From Stramenopiles sp. TOSAG23-3 (lineage: Eukaryota), in the NCBI GenBank assembly GCA_900128585.1, contig LT642180.1:1-40821 (forward strand): a DNA stretch of 40,821 nucleotides. The letters run 5' to 3'. Positions 1 through 9,022 of the stretch are shown here, piece by piece. The notes below the pieces were generated by a model. That model was not told where the DNA came from, did no database searches, and saw only the letters and a list, made by a program, of their open reading frames with translations. Position numbers and translations under genes: made by a program. Position 1 is the stretch's first letter, and each line of letters starts with the position of its first letter.

Positions 1-1203
1 TATCCTTAATACACATTTTTTTTTATCTACTAAAAAAACTTATTATTTCCTTATTTCCTTATTTTCATCTATTTCGTTACTTGATGGTCCCTGGACTAGT
101 GTCAGCAGGGAATTAGTCCTCTATTTTACAGATAGAGTATAATCGTTTCTAGACTATAACTACGAAGACGATTAACGAACGGTACGCGGGGTAACAACAA
201 TAACAACTAAAAAAAAAGGGGAAGAAGGACTTCTTGGTTATTTATTTAATTAGAAACAAACCCACCGTGGAAGACTACGAACCGTACGTAATTATAATAA
301 TAGGTACGGTAGGTAATTAAAATAATTGTATTGAAAGCTAGTCTAAACTAATAAATAGGAATAAAGGAGTTCTCGAAGTACCTTGGTATAAATAATACCA
401 ACCAGTATAACAAAACAATTTTGAAGTGTAACTCGATGTACATTAATTAGTCTAGGTTTAGGCCCTCCTCGTACTGTAGACGACTACAAGACAAGACTCT
501 AAATTATTATAATTTTCATTAGTCAGTATATAGCTACTATGAAGAAGAGAGTGAAATATTATCTATCAATAATGGACACTACAATACAGTACAGTACACA
601 AACACACACCTCCCTTTTTCCTTACTTTTTTTACACTGCTGAGCTTTTGATCAAAAGCAAGAAAAGATCTCAATAGGTGAAATTATAGGATCCACCCAAC
701 GTATTAATTATTACAGGCTATACGATGTAGTTTATAATATCTTCATATCATAATGCTGTGTTTATGATAAATATATATACAGAAGGATACAGCTACTACG
801 AACACACACATCATCGTCGTCGAACGATCTTCTTCTATCTTTTTGTTGTTGCATTTCTTCTTCTTTCTTCTTCTTTCTTCTTCTTTCTTCTTCTCTTTTT
901 TTTTTCTTCTTCTTCTTTCTTCTCTAAAAAAAAAATAAAATAATAATAATAATCCAATAAAAATAATAATTTAAAATAATAAATACTGTAATAATAATAT
1001 TGTAGCTAAACTCTACAATCCGAAGTCCGAAGTGAACCAATAAAAATGCTAAAATCCTACACCTAGTGTAAGTTGAAAGAATCCTTATTATTCTCGTTTG
1101 AGGCAATCATTTCTAAAAAAAACGATTACAGGTTTGAAGAGATATTCCTGTACTCCACCAATTTTTACACCACGCCCCGTTTATTGAAGGGTGTGAGGTG
1201 AGA

Positions 1204-1980
1204 ATGTCGAACCAACGCGAGCAAGTTTTCGCAACTCGCATGACACTTCAGACCTACAAGGGGAAGCACAAGGCTGCGGTCGTAGGATTCGAGTTGTTGA
1301 AAAAGAAGGCGGATGCGCTGAAATCAAGGATTCAAAAGATGATAAGGGCCATACATACTTTGAAATTGAGTATTGGGGACGATGTGAAGAGAGCCCACTT
1401 GGCGCTCGCGAAAGCTTCGTACGCCTCCTCCGGGGGAAATTTTGTTCGGCGCGTGCTGGAGAACGACCACAAAGCAACACTAAAGATTGAAGGAAAAGTT
1501 GAGAATGTTGCCGGGGTAAAGATAGCAAAGTACGTGTCCGTAAACATGCAAGAAGATAGCGAAGGGTCGATGTCTAGTCTCTACGGCTTGTCTGGGGGAG
1601 GCGCGCAGATAAACAAGTGCAAGGAGGAGTTCACGGCGCTGTTGGAGAAATTGATAAGGCTTGCCACTTTGCAGGCGGCGTTCAAGACTCTCGACGAGGC
1701 GATGAAGGTAACGAACCGAAGGGTAAACGCGTTAGACAATGTAGTTGTTCCTAGATTAGCAAATACTGTGCATTATATAACTCAAGAGCTGGACGAGCTA
1801 GAAAGAGAAGATTTCACTCGACTGAAAAAAGTTGTATCGCAGAAGCAAGAAACCGATGAGGCGGACGGGGCAGACGGTGCAGGAGAAATGGATCCGACAC
1901 TTGACGGGGGAAACTCAGGGCCAAGCGCTTTGGATGAGTACAACGTCGAGGAAGAGGACGAGGATTTATTGTCTTTCTGA
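1204..1980 (+). CDS. ATP6V1D: V-type proton ATPase subunit D
   Basis: Typical motifs GFELLKKKADALK, ENVAGVKI, GLSGGGAQI, LATLQAAFKTLDEAMKVTNRRVNALDNVVVPRL, ELDELEREDFTRLKKV. First ATG is at 1204 (the ORF track starts at GTG 1198). Confidence 0.97.
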   Translation: MSNQREQVFATRMTLQTYKGKHKAAVVGFELLKKKADALKSRIQKMIRAIHTLKLSIGDDVKRAHLALAKASYASSGGNFVRRVLENDHKATLKIEGKVENVAGVKIAKYVSVNMQEDSEGSMSSLYGLSGGGAQINKCKEEFTALLEKLIRLATLQAAFKTLDEAMKVTNRRVNALDNVVVPRLANTVHYITQELDELEREDFTRLKKVVSQKQETDEADGADGAGEMDPTLDGGNSGPSALDEYNVEEEDEDLLSF

Positions 1981-2092
1981 GTGGAACAATTGCCGCGCAA
2001 CACAGCATATACAATGTACAGCACACAGTGTGATTTTTTCATAGTAAAGAACTTATTTTCTTTTTTTAAAATGGCCTTCTCCTCTCGCGCCC

Positions 2093-3595
2093 CTAATTGC
2101 TGTCACCTCCATTTTGGCTGCCGACGCGCGGAGTGACTTCTGCGAACATTGGAACTTTCTTGTAGTCTACAAACAGATCTCCGTTGTTCGTCTGCTTCGT
2201 TGCTTCCACCCACGCATATTGCAACAATTCTTTGGAGGTCATATTGACCGAGTCCTTCAGAGCCTTGAACAGACTAAGTTGCGCGTCGTACTTGTATTTG
2301 AGCGCGTTTGCTTTCGCGGTCCCGTTCGATCTTCTCTCGTACGATTGCGCGCCCGCTTCAATGGCCCTGATCAACGCTTCAGACCGAGCTTGCAGCAATT
2401 CGCGTTGGAATCGGATGCTGGCCCTCTCCTTCTGGTTGTTGGCATCTGTTACTTTTAAGATCCTGTTTCGTTTGGCAACTTCAATATCTTTCTCAAGATT
2501 TATCAGTTTGATGTCCCGGTTACGCAGAATTTGTTTCTGCAGGACCAACGAATCCGTCAACGCTCTGGTAACTGCACCTTCCCTATTCAATCGCGCGTTG
2601 TTAATCTCTCTTTCAATGTCGATCAGCTTGACAGTAATGTCAGTTTCCAGGTCAATTTGAGCCTTGAGGTATTCATTCGTCTCGTTCATCAGTTGCAACT
2701 CTCGCAGCTGCATCGCCTGCTGCTGCTCCAGCCTTAACATGTATATCTCTCTAATCGTGTTTTCATATAGGTCGGGCAAATCTACGTGGAACAAGTGAAC
2801 GTTCAGGACTTCGGCATACATAGATTTGGCCGTCGCGTTAGCAGCAACGGCGAATTTGCGAGCCGCATGGCTACGGTTTCTTCCTAAAAATTGTGTTGCT
2901 TCAATTTTTGAAGCTACGTTTTGCATGGCACCGAAAATGGCGGTTTGAAAGTAAGGAATGTAATTGGCTCCGGTCAAATTGTACAACTCCAGGATGCCGT
3001 CACGATCTAATTTGTAATCCACTGCTACTTCCATTCGCAGTGGCAATCCTTCCAGCGTGCGGGCTTCGAAAAGAGGAAAATACTGTGACGACGTTTCTTT
3101 CTCCTCCAAGACCGTGTTCTCTTCTTCGGTTTGAGAAGGAGTCGTATAAATAAGCCTCTGTCGATTCTTCGGATAGCACACAAAATTATGATCTATCCCG
3201 ATAAAGTAGGTCCCAGATTGCCCATCGTTGTACAAATAGGGGTCAACCCTTTGGCTGATTGTCCCATATCGAATACAATATTGGAGCTCTGAAACGTACT
3301 TGAAAGACGTGGCAAACATAACGATGAAAGTGATAGCCCAGGCAACAACGAATCCATAACAACTTAATTTCACCTTTACGGGCAAGGAATCAAAACACTC
3401 AGCCGCTGATTCAGCAATATAAGTCAGAGACGGGAGACGGGATCCTTCATCTTCGGGGTCACTGCCGGCACGCTCGGCGGCCGCGCCCAGGTCTCCGCCC
3501 AGGTCTCCGCCCGGGTCTCCGCCCAGGTCGCGCATTTCTACCTCCCGGCGGTTCCTCCTCTTACCTAATGCTACAGCGGCGGACACCGTTCTCAT
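2093..3595 (-). CDS. SPFH/Band-7 (prohibitin/stomatin-like) membrane protein with long C-terminal coiled coil
   Basis: One TM segment (YGFVVAWAITFIVMFATSF), then SPFH-like GTYFIGIDHNF, ARTLEGLPLRMEVAVDYKL, VLNVHLFHVDLPDLYENTI, then a heptad-rich tail. Confidence 0.8.
   Translation of the reverse strand: MRTVSAAVALGKRRNRREVEMRDLGGDPGGDLGGDLGAAAERAGSDPEDEGSRLPSLTYIAESAAECFDSLPVKVKLSCYGFVVAWAITFIVMFATSFKYVSELQYCIRYGTISQRVDPYLYNDGQSGTYFIGIDHNFVCYPKNRQRLIYTTPSQTEEENTVLEEKETSSQYFPLFEARTLEGLPLRMEVAVDYKLDRDGILELYNLTGANYIPYFQTAIFGAMQNVASKIEATQFLGRNRSHAARKFAVAANATAKSMYAEVLNVHLFHVDLPDLYENTIREIYMLRLEQQQAMQLRELQLMNETNEYLKAQIDLETDITVKLIDIEREINNARLNREGAVTRALTDSLVLQKQILRNRDIKLINLEKDIEVAKRNRILKVTDANNQKERASIRFQRELLQARSEALIRAIEAGAQSYERRSNGTAKANALKYKYDAQLSLFKALKDSVNMTSKELLQYAWVEATKQTNNGDLFVDYKKVPMFAEVTPRVGSQNGGDSN
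3484..3531 (-). repeat. 12-bp x4 coding tandem repeat (DLGG/DPGG)
   Basis: + strand units cgcccaggtctc, cgcccaggtctc, cgcccgggtctc, cgcccaggtcgc. Confidence 0.9.
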
Positions 3596-4627
3596 TTTTG
3601 ACAGTGATATATAACTTCTAAAATTACATGTAAGAAGATGATTTTTCCCCGTCGAAAGATGAAAGACAAATAATCTGCATAAAAGGCATTAACATATACT
3701 CTGACACATTATAATTTAGTCTGCAAAGATTATTCCCTTTGTTGACAAGCTGGATAATAATTATTGTACAACAAGGTAGAAGAAGATACAATTCCTAGAC
3801 TATGAAATATAGTACGAATAAAAATAAAAAGATCTATAATAGCTATCTATATTTATTATCTCCCCCTTTTATCCCCCCCCCCCCCCTCTGAAAATGCTTT
3901 GCACGGAAGTCGCAGCGGAGTGTTCCTGGTTCGTCGGCACCAGCGGTATTTCGGTGGTCTCAGGAAGGTCATCTGTGATGGGGGACTTCACAGAGTTCAG
4001 TGGAAGGAAAGAGGAAAGGAAATAAAAGCATTGCTTTCGTCTGTTTGATGATGATCACATACGAGGGTACTCGCAAGGTAATACTTGATCTATATATTTT
4101 ATAATTATTAATACATCAAATTCATACTTTATTTTTAGTCGTCTGTCTATTACGCGTTCGTACATTACATTATTGTGACATTCTCTTGCAGTTTTTCTAT
4201 TCTATATAATTAGCTACATATCACAAATTAACGAATAGAAAATTTGGTTGTGTCCTTGATTTGATGATGTTGCGCAAATTGAGTAGGTACAACAGGTAGA
4301 CTAAGGTAGACTACGAAACCTCCATTAAATATAATTCACTCTTTTACTCCTCTTCTGTTTGTTGTTGTTGGTTGTTGCTGCTGCTATTGTTGTAATGGAT
4401 GATGATGATGATGCAGTTCTTATCCAGAGTTCTTCCGTTACTTCCTAGTCGTGGTGAGACTATAAACAGAAAGAATTGAGCAATGAACAGCTGCTCTCGA
4501 CAGTCGTGTCTTTCTGAAAGAAAAATGAACGTAGCGGATGAAAATTGCAAAGGAAAAGCATACTTTCAGAGTTGTATCTATATAATATAACAAGAAATTA
4601 AGTTAGAAAAAAACTTGTACACTCACG

Positions 4628-5503
4628 ATGGGCTGCGGTGGTTCAAAGTTGAAAATATGGGAGTTCAACCCGGCCGAAGCTGGACTAGAAGGAAAACAAA
4701 GAAAAAAGTTCGACAAACTCTGCAGGAATCTACAAATACACCAGGAAGATGCCACAATATTTTATTCTGTGTGGAGAAAAATAGAGCCTATTGGAAACAA
4801 TCTCATCAGCGAAACCGATTTCATTACGCATCTGAAGATAGAACAAACCCCTTTCTTGAAGAGGGCCCTTACAATAGTGGACGTGGTCGGTCATCATGAC
4901 CCAGACGCGAAAAACATTGACTTTATACATTACTTTCTAAAACTTTACCAAATTTGCGCATTGACTGCAGTAGGACTGGATTGCTTTTCTTTCGAACTGT
5001 ACGACGCAGATCAAAGTGGGATTATAGACACGAGAGAGTTGATACAACTGGCGAAAGACATGTATGGGGACGACTATGAGCACGACCATCGCTTAAAGCA
5101 CACCATCGACTTGATCACAAAGGATCACCCAAACACGGTAACACTGCAGCAGTTTGAACATGTAATACTGAAGCATCCGTTGCTGACATTTCCTGCACAC
5201 CAGGCTCAAAAAGACTTGCAAGCGCATACGGGAGGCAAAGCCTTTTGGAAAAAGTTGATGGAACGGCGGTTGTTGGGGCACGAACAAGGCGCCATGTACC
5301 ACATGAAGCATTTGATGTCGAATGTTGCTGAGATAGCAGAAGAGATTCAAGATGATGTCACTGGAAGCCACCATAAGCACAAACACCATCATCACGACAA
5401 TCACGAGGCACATGGTAAGTACGTACATCACGAGCACCATGAAAAGAAACACCACGCCACACACCACGAGAAGCGTTCTTCGGCCGCACTGATGTTTCAC
5501 TGA
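4628..5503 (+). CDS. Myristoylated EF-hand Ca2+ sensor (calcineurin-B/NCS-like) with His-rich tail
   Basis: N-terminal MGCGGS; canonical EF hand FELYDADQSGIIDTREL; further degenerate EF hands; C-terminal HHKHKHHHHDNHE. Confidence 0.8.
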   Translation: MGCGGSKLKIWEFNPAEAGLEGKQRKKFDKLCRNLQIHQEDATIFYSVWRKIEPIGNNLISETDFITHLKIEQTPFLKRALTIVDVVGHHDPDAKNIDFIHYFLKLYQICALTAVGLDCFSFELYDADQSGIIDTRELIQLAKDMYGDDYEHDHRLKHTIDLITKDHPNTVTLQQFEHVILKHPLLTFPAHQAQKDLQAHTGGKAFWKKLMERRLLGHEQGAMYHMKHLMSNVAEIAEEIQDDVTGSHHKHKHHHHDNHEAHGKYVHHEHHEKKHHATHHEKRSSAALMFH

Positions 5504-5574
5504 GTATTTTACAAAAAAATTACGAGAGTTAAGAAAATTAAAAATGTATCTTTGTGTTTCTGACATTAAAAAAT

Positions 5575-5595
5575 AAATTGGCTGTTATTTAAGTA
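5575..5595 (-). repeat. Convergent-gap micro-element copy (AAATAACAGCCAATTT core)
   Basis: aaattggctgttatttaagta is the exact reverse complement of 28926-28946; it lies between direct repeats tctgacatta (5559-5568 / 5619-5628). Confidence 0.85.
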
Positions 5596-5639
5596 GTTAA
5601 ATTTTATCGTCAGACATGTCTGACATTACCGTGCTTCAT

Positions 5640-6749
5640 TTACAATTCGGTATGGCTGTTGACCCAGTCTTCGGCGCGATAGCGCTTTATGCGCTTGCTT
5701 TTCTCAAGGCTTTTCGTGATTGCCACGAGAAGAGAGTCACTGTCTTTTTGGCATGTCCGTTGATGGGTTGTATCCTCACGGGGCACAGGCTTTAACCTAC
5801 AGTCTTGTCCAATCTCCCAAATCATCAATCCACCGATGCCTTTCTCCAGTGCCATAATGGATTTCTTTACAATCGTTTCGACACTATTAAAGCCAATATT
5901 ATTCACAATATCGACCCCAGGCTTCAATGGTGAATGCTTGTGTAGAATGTCTTCATACGTTGTCCATTCACCTCGCCCGTCTCTTCCGTAAAAGGGCACA
6001 CCAAGGGTCAACTTGGCAGCGGGCAAGCCAATCTCAATCCCCTGGTCAACAGATTTTTCCGCAAAGGCATAGCTAGAGTGCTGCGCTCCATGTTGATCGT
6101 ACGTCATCATATGCATAAAATCTGCATATTTATGTGCATTTAACGTTTTAAATAGATTTTCTTGTCTACCGTCCGGGTAGTACGCAAGCGTGATCTCCAG
6201 GCGGCGACCAGAGGTTGCATCTTTGGAATACTCGTCAAACACTGCCCTGGTTTCCTTTAACAAACTGAGAAGGCCCTGGTAATCTTTATCGACAACGTCT
6301 GTGTCAGAGTAACCGCTGGAAAAGCTATACCCTGGGTATTCCCAGTTGTAATCCACACCATCAAGGCTGTATTTAACAATATAACCCATTAGTGACGAAA
6401 TGAATTTTTTCCTTGACTTTCGGGACGATACCATTCCCGAAAAGCCAGCCGACCTCCCGTTTCCACCGAAGCACAATAGGATTTTTGAGCCGTGTCTACG
6501 GGCGGCAGTAGTAGCCTCTCCCATCAACTCCTTTCTAGGAAACCTGTCCCTTGCCGTTATTTTACCGCTAGACGTCATTTCCAAGGAAAATAAGATAATA
6601 TGGCTGACATGCCGAGACACGACATCCCAATTTACCGCTTCATACCTCCATTCTGGCAAATACCCAAAAATCCTGAACGAAGAAGCCTCCAGCGCAGACA
6701 CAGAAATGGCAAGCAAACTATTCAACAAAAATATCAAACGGGCGCGCAT
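5640..6749 (-). CDS. Glycoside hydrolase family 18 (chitinase-like) with signal peptide and C-terminal HTEL
   Basis: Hydrophobic N-terminus; GYLPEW, KILLCFGG, LDGVDYNWEYP, MMTYD, KLTLGVPFYGR, GGLMIWEIGQD. Confidence 0.93.
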   Translation of the reverse strand: MRARLIFLLNSLLAISVSALEASSFRIFGYLPEWRYEAVNWDVVSRHVSHIILFSLEMTSSGKITARDRFPRKELMGEATTAARRHGSKILLCFGGNGRSAGFSGMVSSRKSRKKFISSLMGYIVKYSLDGVDYNWEYPGYSFSSGYSDTDVVDKDYQGLLSLLKETRAVFDEYSKDATSGRRLEITLAYYPDGRQENLFKTLNAHKYADFMHMMTYDQHGAQHSSYAFAEKSVDQGIEIGLPAAKLTLGVPFYGRDGRGEWTTYEDILHKHSPLKPGVDIVNNIGFNSVETIVKKSIMALEKGIGGLMIWEIGQDCRLKPVPREDTTHQRTCQKDSDSLLVAITKSLEKSKRIKRYRAEDWVNSHTEL

Positions 6750-7388
6750 GCTGCTGCTGTTGTGGAAGAAAGCAAAGTTCTCAAAAACAAGAAATTGAAA
6801 AACCGACTAAGCTTGAATTATAAACAATATTCCTCTATACATTGACCACGACGTCATACAGTCATTTGCATGGAAGAGTCTTTTTACAATTCATATACTT
6901 GTACCAACATTCAACCAGAAGAAGAAAGGGAAAAGCGATTTTTCACAATCGCGCGTGGAGAGGAGAAGTAAGAGGTATATAATAATATTAATCGGGTTCG
7001 TCGTCGTTACTACTACTCTCTACCGTAGTTATATATTACCGCAAATATTCCATTATAAGTTATTTATTAGACGACTACTATTTATTATTATAAAAATACT
7101 ACAGACCACCACAGCAGTAACAGCCATGTGGTGATGTGATGATGATGATAATATATTTTGATGATGAATAATTGATTGTTGAAATTGAGAAGATATATTA
7201 TTATTATTTATTATTTATTATTTATTAGACGACTAAAATCAATCTTATTAAATCTGTCCTACGAGATCAAAATTCAACAAAGAATGATAAATAAAATGCT
7301 GCGAGTCAGTTTTCTCTGATTCCTGTGTAGATTAAATATTTTTCTCAGGGAAAAGCACATCGCGGCAGATTTTAGAGCTCTTGCGCCA

Positions 7389-8345
7389 ATGGAAATCAAT
7401 TTGCCTGTAATTGATCTTCGCTTGGAAGATTCGGAGGTGGCTAAGAGCCTTGGCCTCGCGTGCTCAGAGAGTGGATTCTTTGTCGTCACCAATCATGGCG
7501 TGCCTCCTGAGCTGATGAAAGGAGTTTATCGGTGTATGGTGGATTTCTTCTCCTTAAGTGAAGAACAAAAGTTTACTGCCCTCGTAAATAGCAGTAACCG
7601 TGGATTTACGCCTTTCAAGGAAGAGAAGCTGGACGTTGAAAACCAGACGACTGGGGATACCAAGGAAGGATATTACATTGGGAGGTCAGTTTCGTCGGAA
7701 GAAGTACGAAAGTTTCCACACCCCCTTCAGGGAGAGAATGTGTGGCCCGATGAGGAAAAGTTAGGATTAAAGAAGTGGAGGGAGACAATGGGGAAATATT
7801 TTGAACAAATGCACGTATTAGGAATGAAATTGCTACGCTTGGTGTCCATGAGCCTGAACTTGTCGGAAGACTATTTCAACGAATCGTTTACGCGTCCCAT
7901 GGAGACTTTACGCCTTTTGAAGTATGGTCCAGACCAGAGTGTTCCCGATGCAGGCGTCTTTGGATGCGGTGCCCATACAGATTACGGCATGTTGACGTTG
8001 CTGTCAACGGACAGCATCCCAGGTCTGCAAATTTACGACAGCAGGAAGGAACAATGGATCAGCGTCGTCCCCAGACCAAGCGATTTTATCGTCAATATTG
8101 GGGACATGCTGGCGCGTTGGACAAATTTCAAATACAAAAGTACCCTTCACCGTGTCGTTAATGTATCAGGAAAGGAGCGGTACTCCATTCCATTCTTTTT
8201 TGAGCCAAACTTTGAGGCAGTAGTCACATGCTTACCCTCCGTGCTTGGGGAGGACGAGGTGGCGGTGCACCCTCCCGTAATTTTCGGAGAACATCTCTTA
8301 AAAAAATTAACGTCTACCCACGACTTGCTCAGCGAAAAGTCCTGA
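7389..8345 (+). CDS. 2-oxoglutarate/Fe(II)-dependent dioxygenase (DIOX_N + 2OG-FeII_Oxy, IPNS-like)
   Basis: LPVIDL, ACSESGFFVVTNHGV, HTDYG (HxD), VNIGDMLARWTN, STLHRV, RYSIPFF (RxS). Confidence 0.95.
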   Translation: MEINLPVIDLRLEDSEVAKSLGLACSESGFFVVTNHGVPPELMKGVYRCMVDFFSLSEEQKFTALVNSSNRGFTPFKEEKLDVENQTTGDTKEGYYIGRSVSSEEVRKFPHPLQGENVWPDEEKLGLKKWRETMGKYFEQMHVLGMKLLRLVSMSLNLSEDYFNESFTRPMETLRLLKYGPDQSVPDAGVFGCGAHTDYGMLTLLSTDSIPGLQIYDSRKEQWISVVPRPSDFIVNIGDMLARWTNFKYKSTLHRVVNVSGKERYSIPFFFEPNFEAVVTCLPSVLGEDEVAVHPPVIFGEHLLKKLTSTHDLLSEKS

Positions 8346-8625
8346 TGATTTATGCTGCAGCGGCGAGGGATGTTGTTGCGCATATTTCATGTGTTTACTG
8401 CAACCAGTGTACGAATTATTGGTTTTGGTACAAGATCGTACGATTCTTACGATACGCTAAAATGTAGTCCTGTTTATATCATGCTAGAGTAAATGGTGGT
8501 GGTGTTTCTTAAAGCAATTATTGATTTTGAGAATTCATGTGGCCCTCAATATTCTTACGCATCATATTGTTTTGTTTTAAATTTATTTTAGTGCTCTCAA
8601 GTACACACACATCATTTTTTAAAAT

Positions 8626-8787
8626 CAAGAAAATTGGCTGTTATTTAAAGTAATTTATAAAATTAAAACAAGAAGAAAATTGGCTGTTATTTAAAAACAA
8701 AAAAATAATTGGCTGTTATTTCAGCAATTAAAAAAAACAAATTATATAGTATGTTTTATAACAGCCAATTTTCTTGTTTTTGTTTTA
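8626..8787. repeat. Cluster of four micro-element copies (three on -, one on +)
   Basis: aattggctgttattt within 8626-8646, 8673-8692 and 8707-8721; taacagccaattttcttgtttt at 8759-8780 flanked by tgtttta direct repeats. Confidence 0.9.
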
Positions 8788-8809
8788 AGACTCTCATTTT
8801 AAATCAATT

Positions 8810-8887
8810 GTGTACTTTTAAGACCAATCAATTGGAATCTTGACCAGAACTTGGGGAGGATCTGCAATAGGAGGAGACATTGTTCTT
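8810..8887 (+). repeat. Dispersed ~80-bp repeat, copy 1
   Basis: 58 bp identical to 28783-28840 (gtgtacttttaagaccaatcaattggaatcttgaccagaacttggggaggatctgcaa), then similar with small indels to ...ttgttctt. Confidence 0.92.
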
Positions 8888-9022
8888 ATTAGATTTTAAG
8901 TAATAAAAAAAATTATCTTTCCTCATGCACCGCGTAATTTAATCTCCACAAAAAAAAGTTATTTTTTGTCTTTGAATTACACCCCGACAAATTGCATCTT
9001 TATAATCGAGCACAAGGCCACC

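Noticed and set aside
3940-3966. TPP-riboswitch-like CUGAGA...AUACC on the minus strand
   Set aside because: The downstream UGAU-C...UAAU...GCG core is missing and there is no adjacent thiamine gene.
7118-7126. taacagcca in a divergent gap as an 11th micro-element copy
   Set aside because: Only 9 bp match, with no AATTTT/T-rich end and no flanking duplication.
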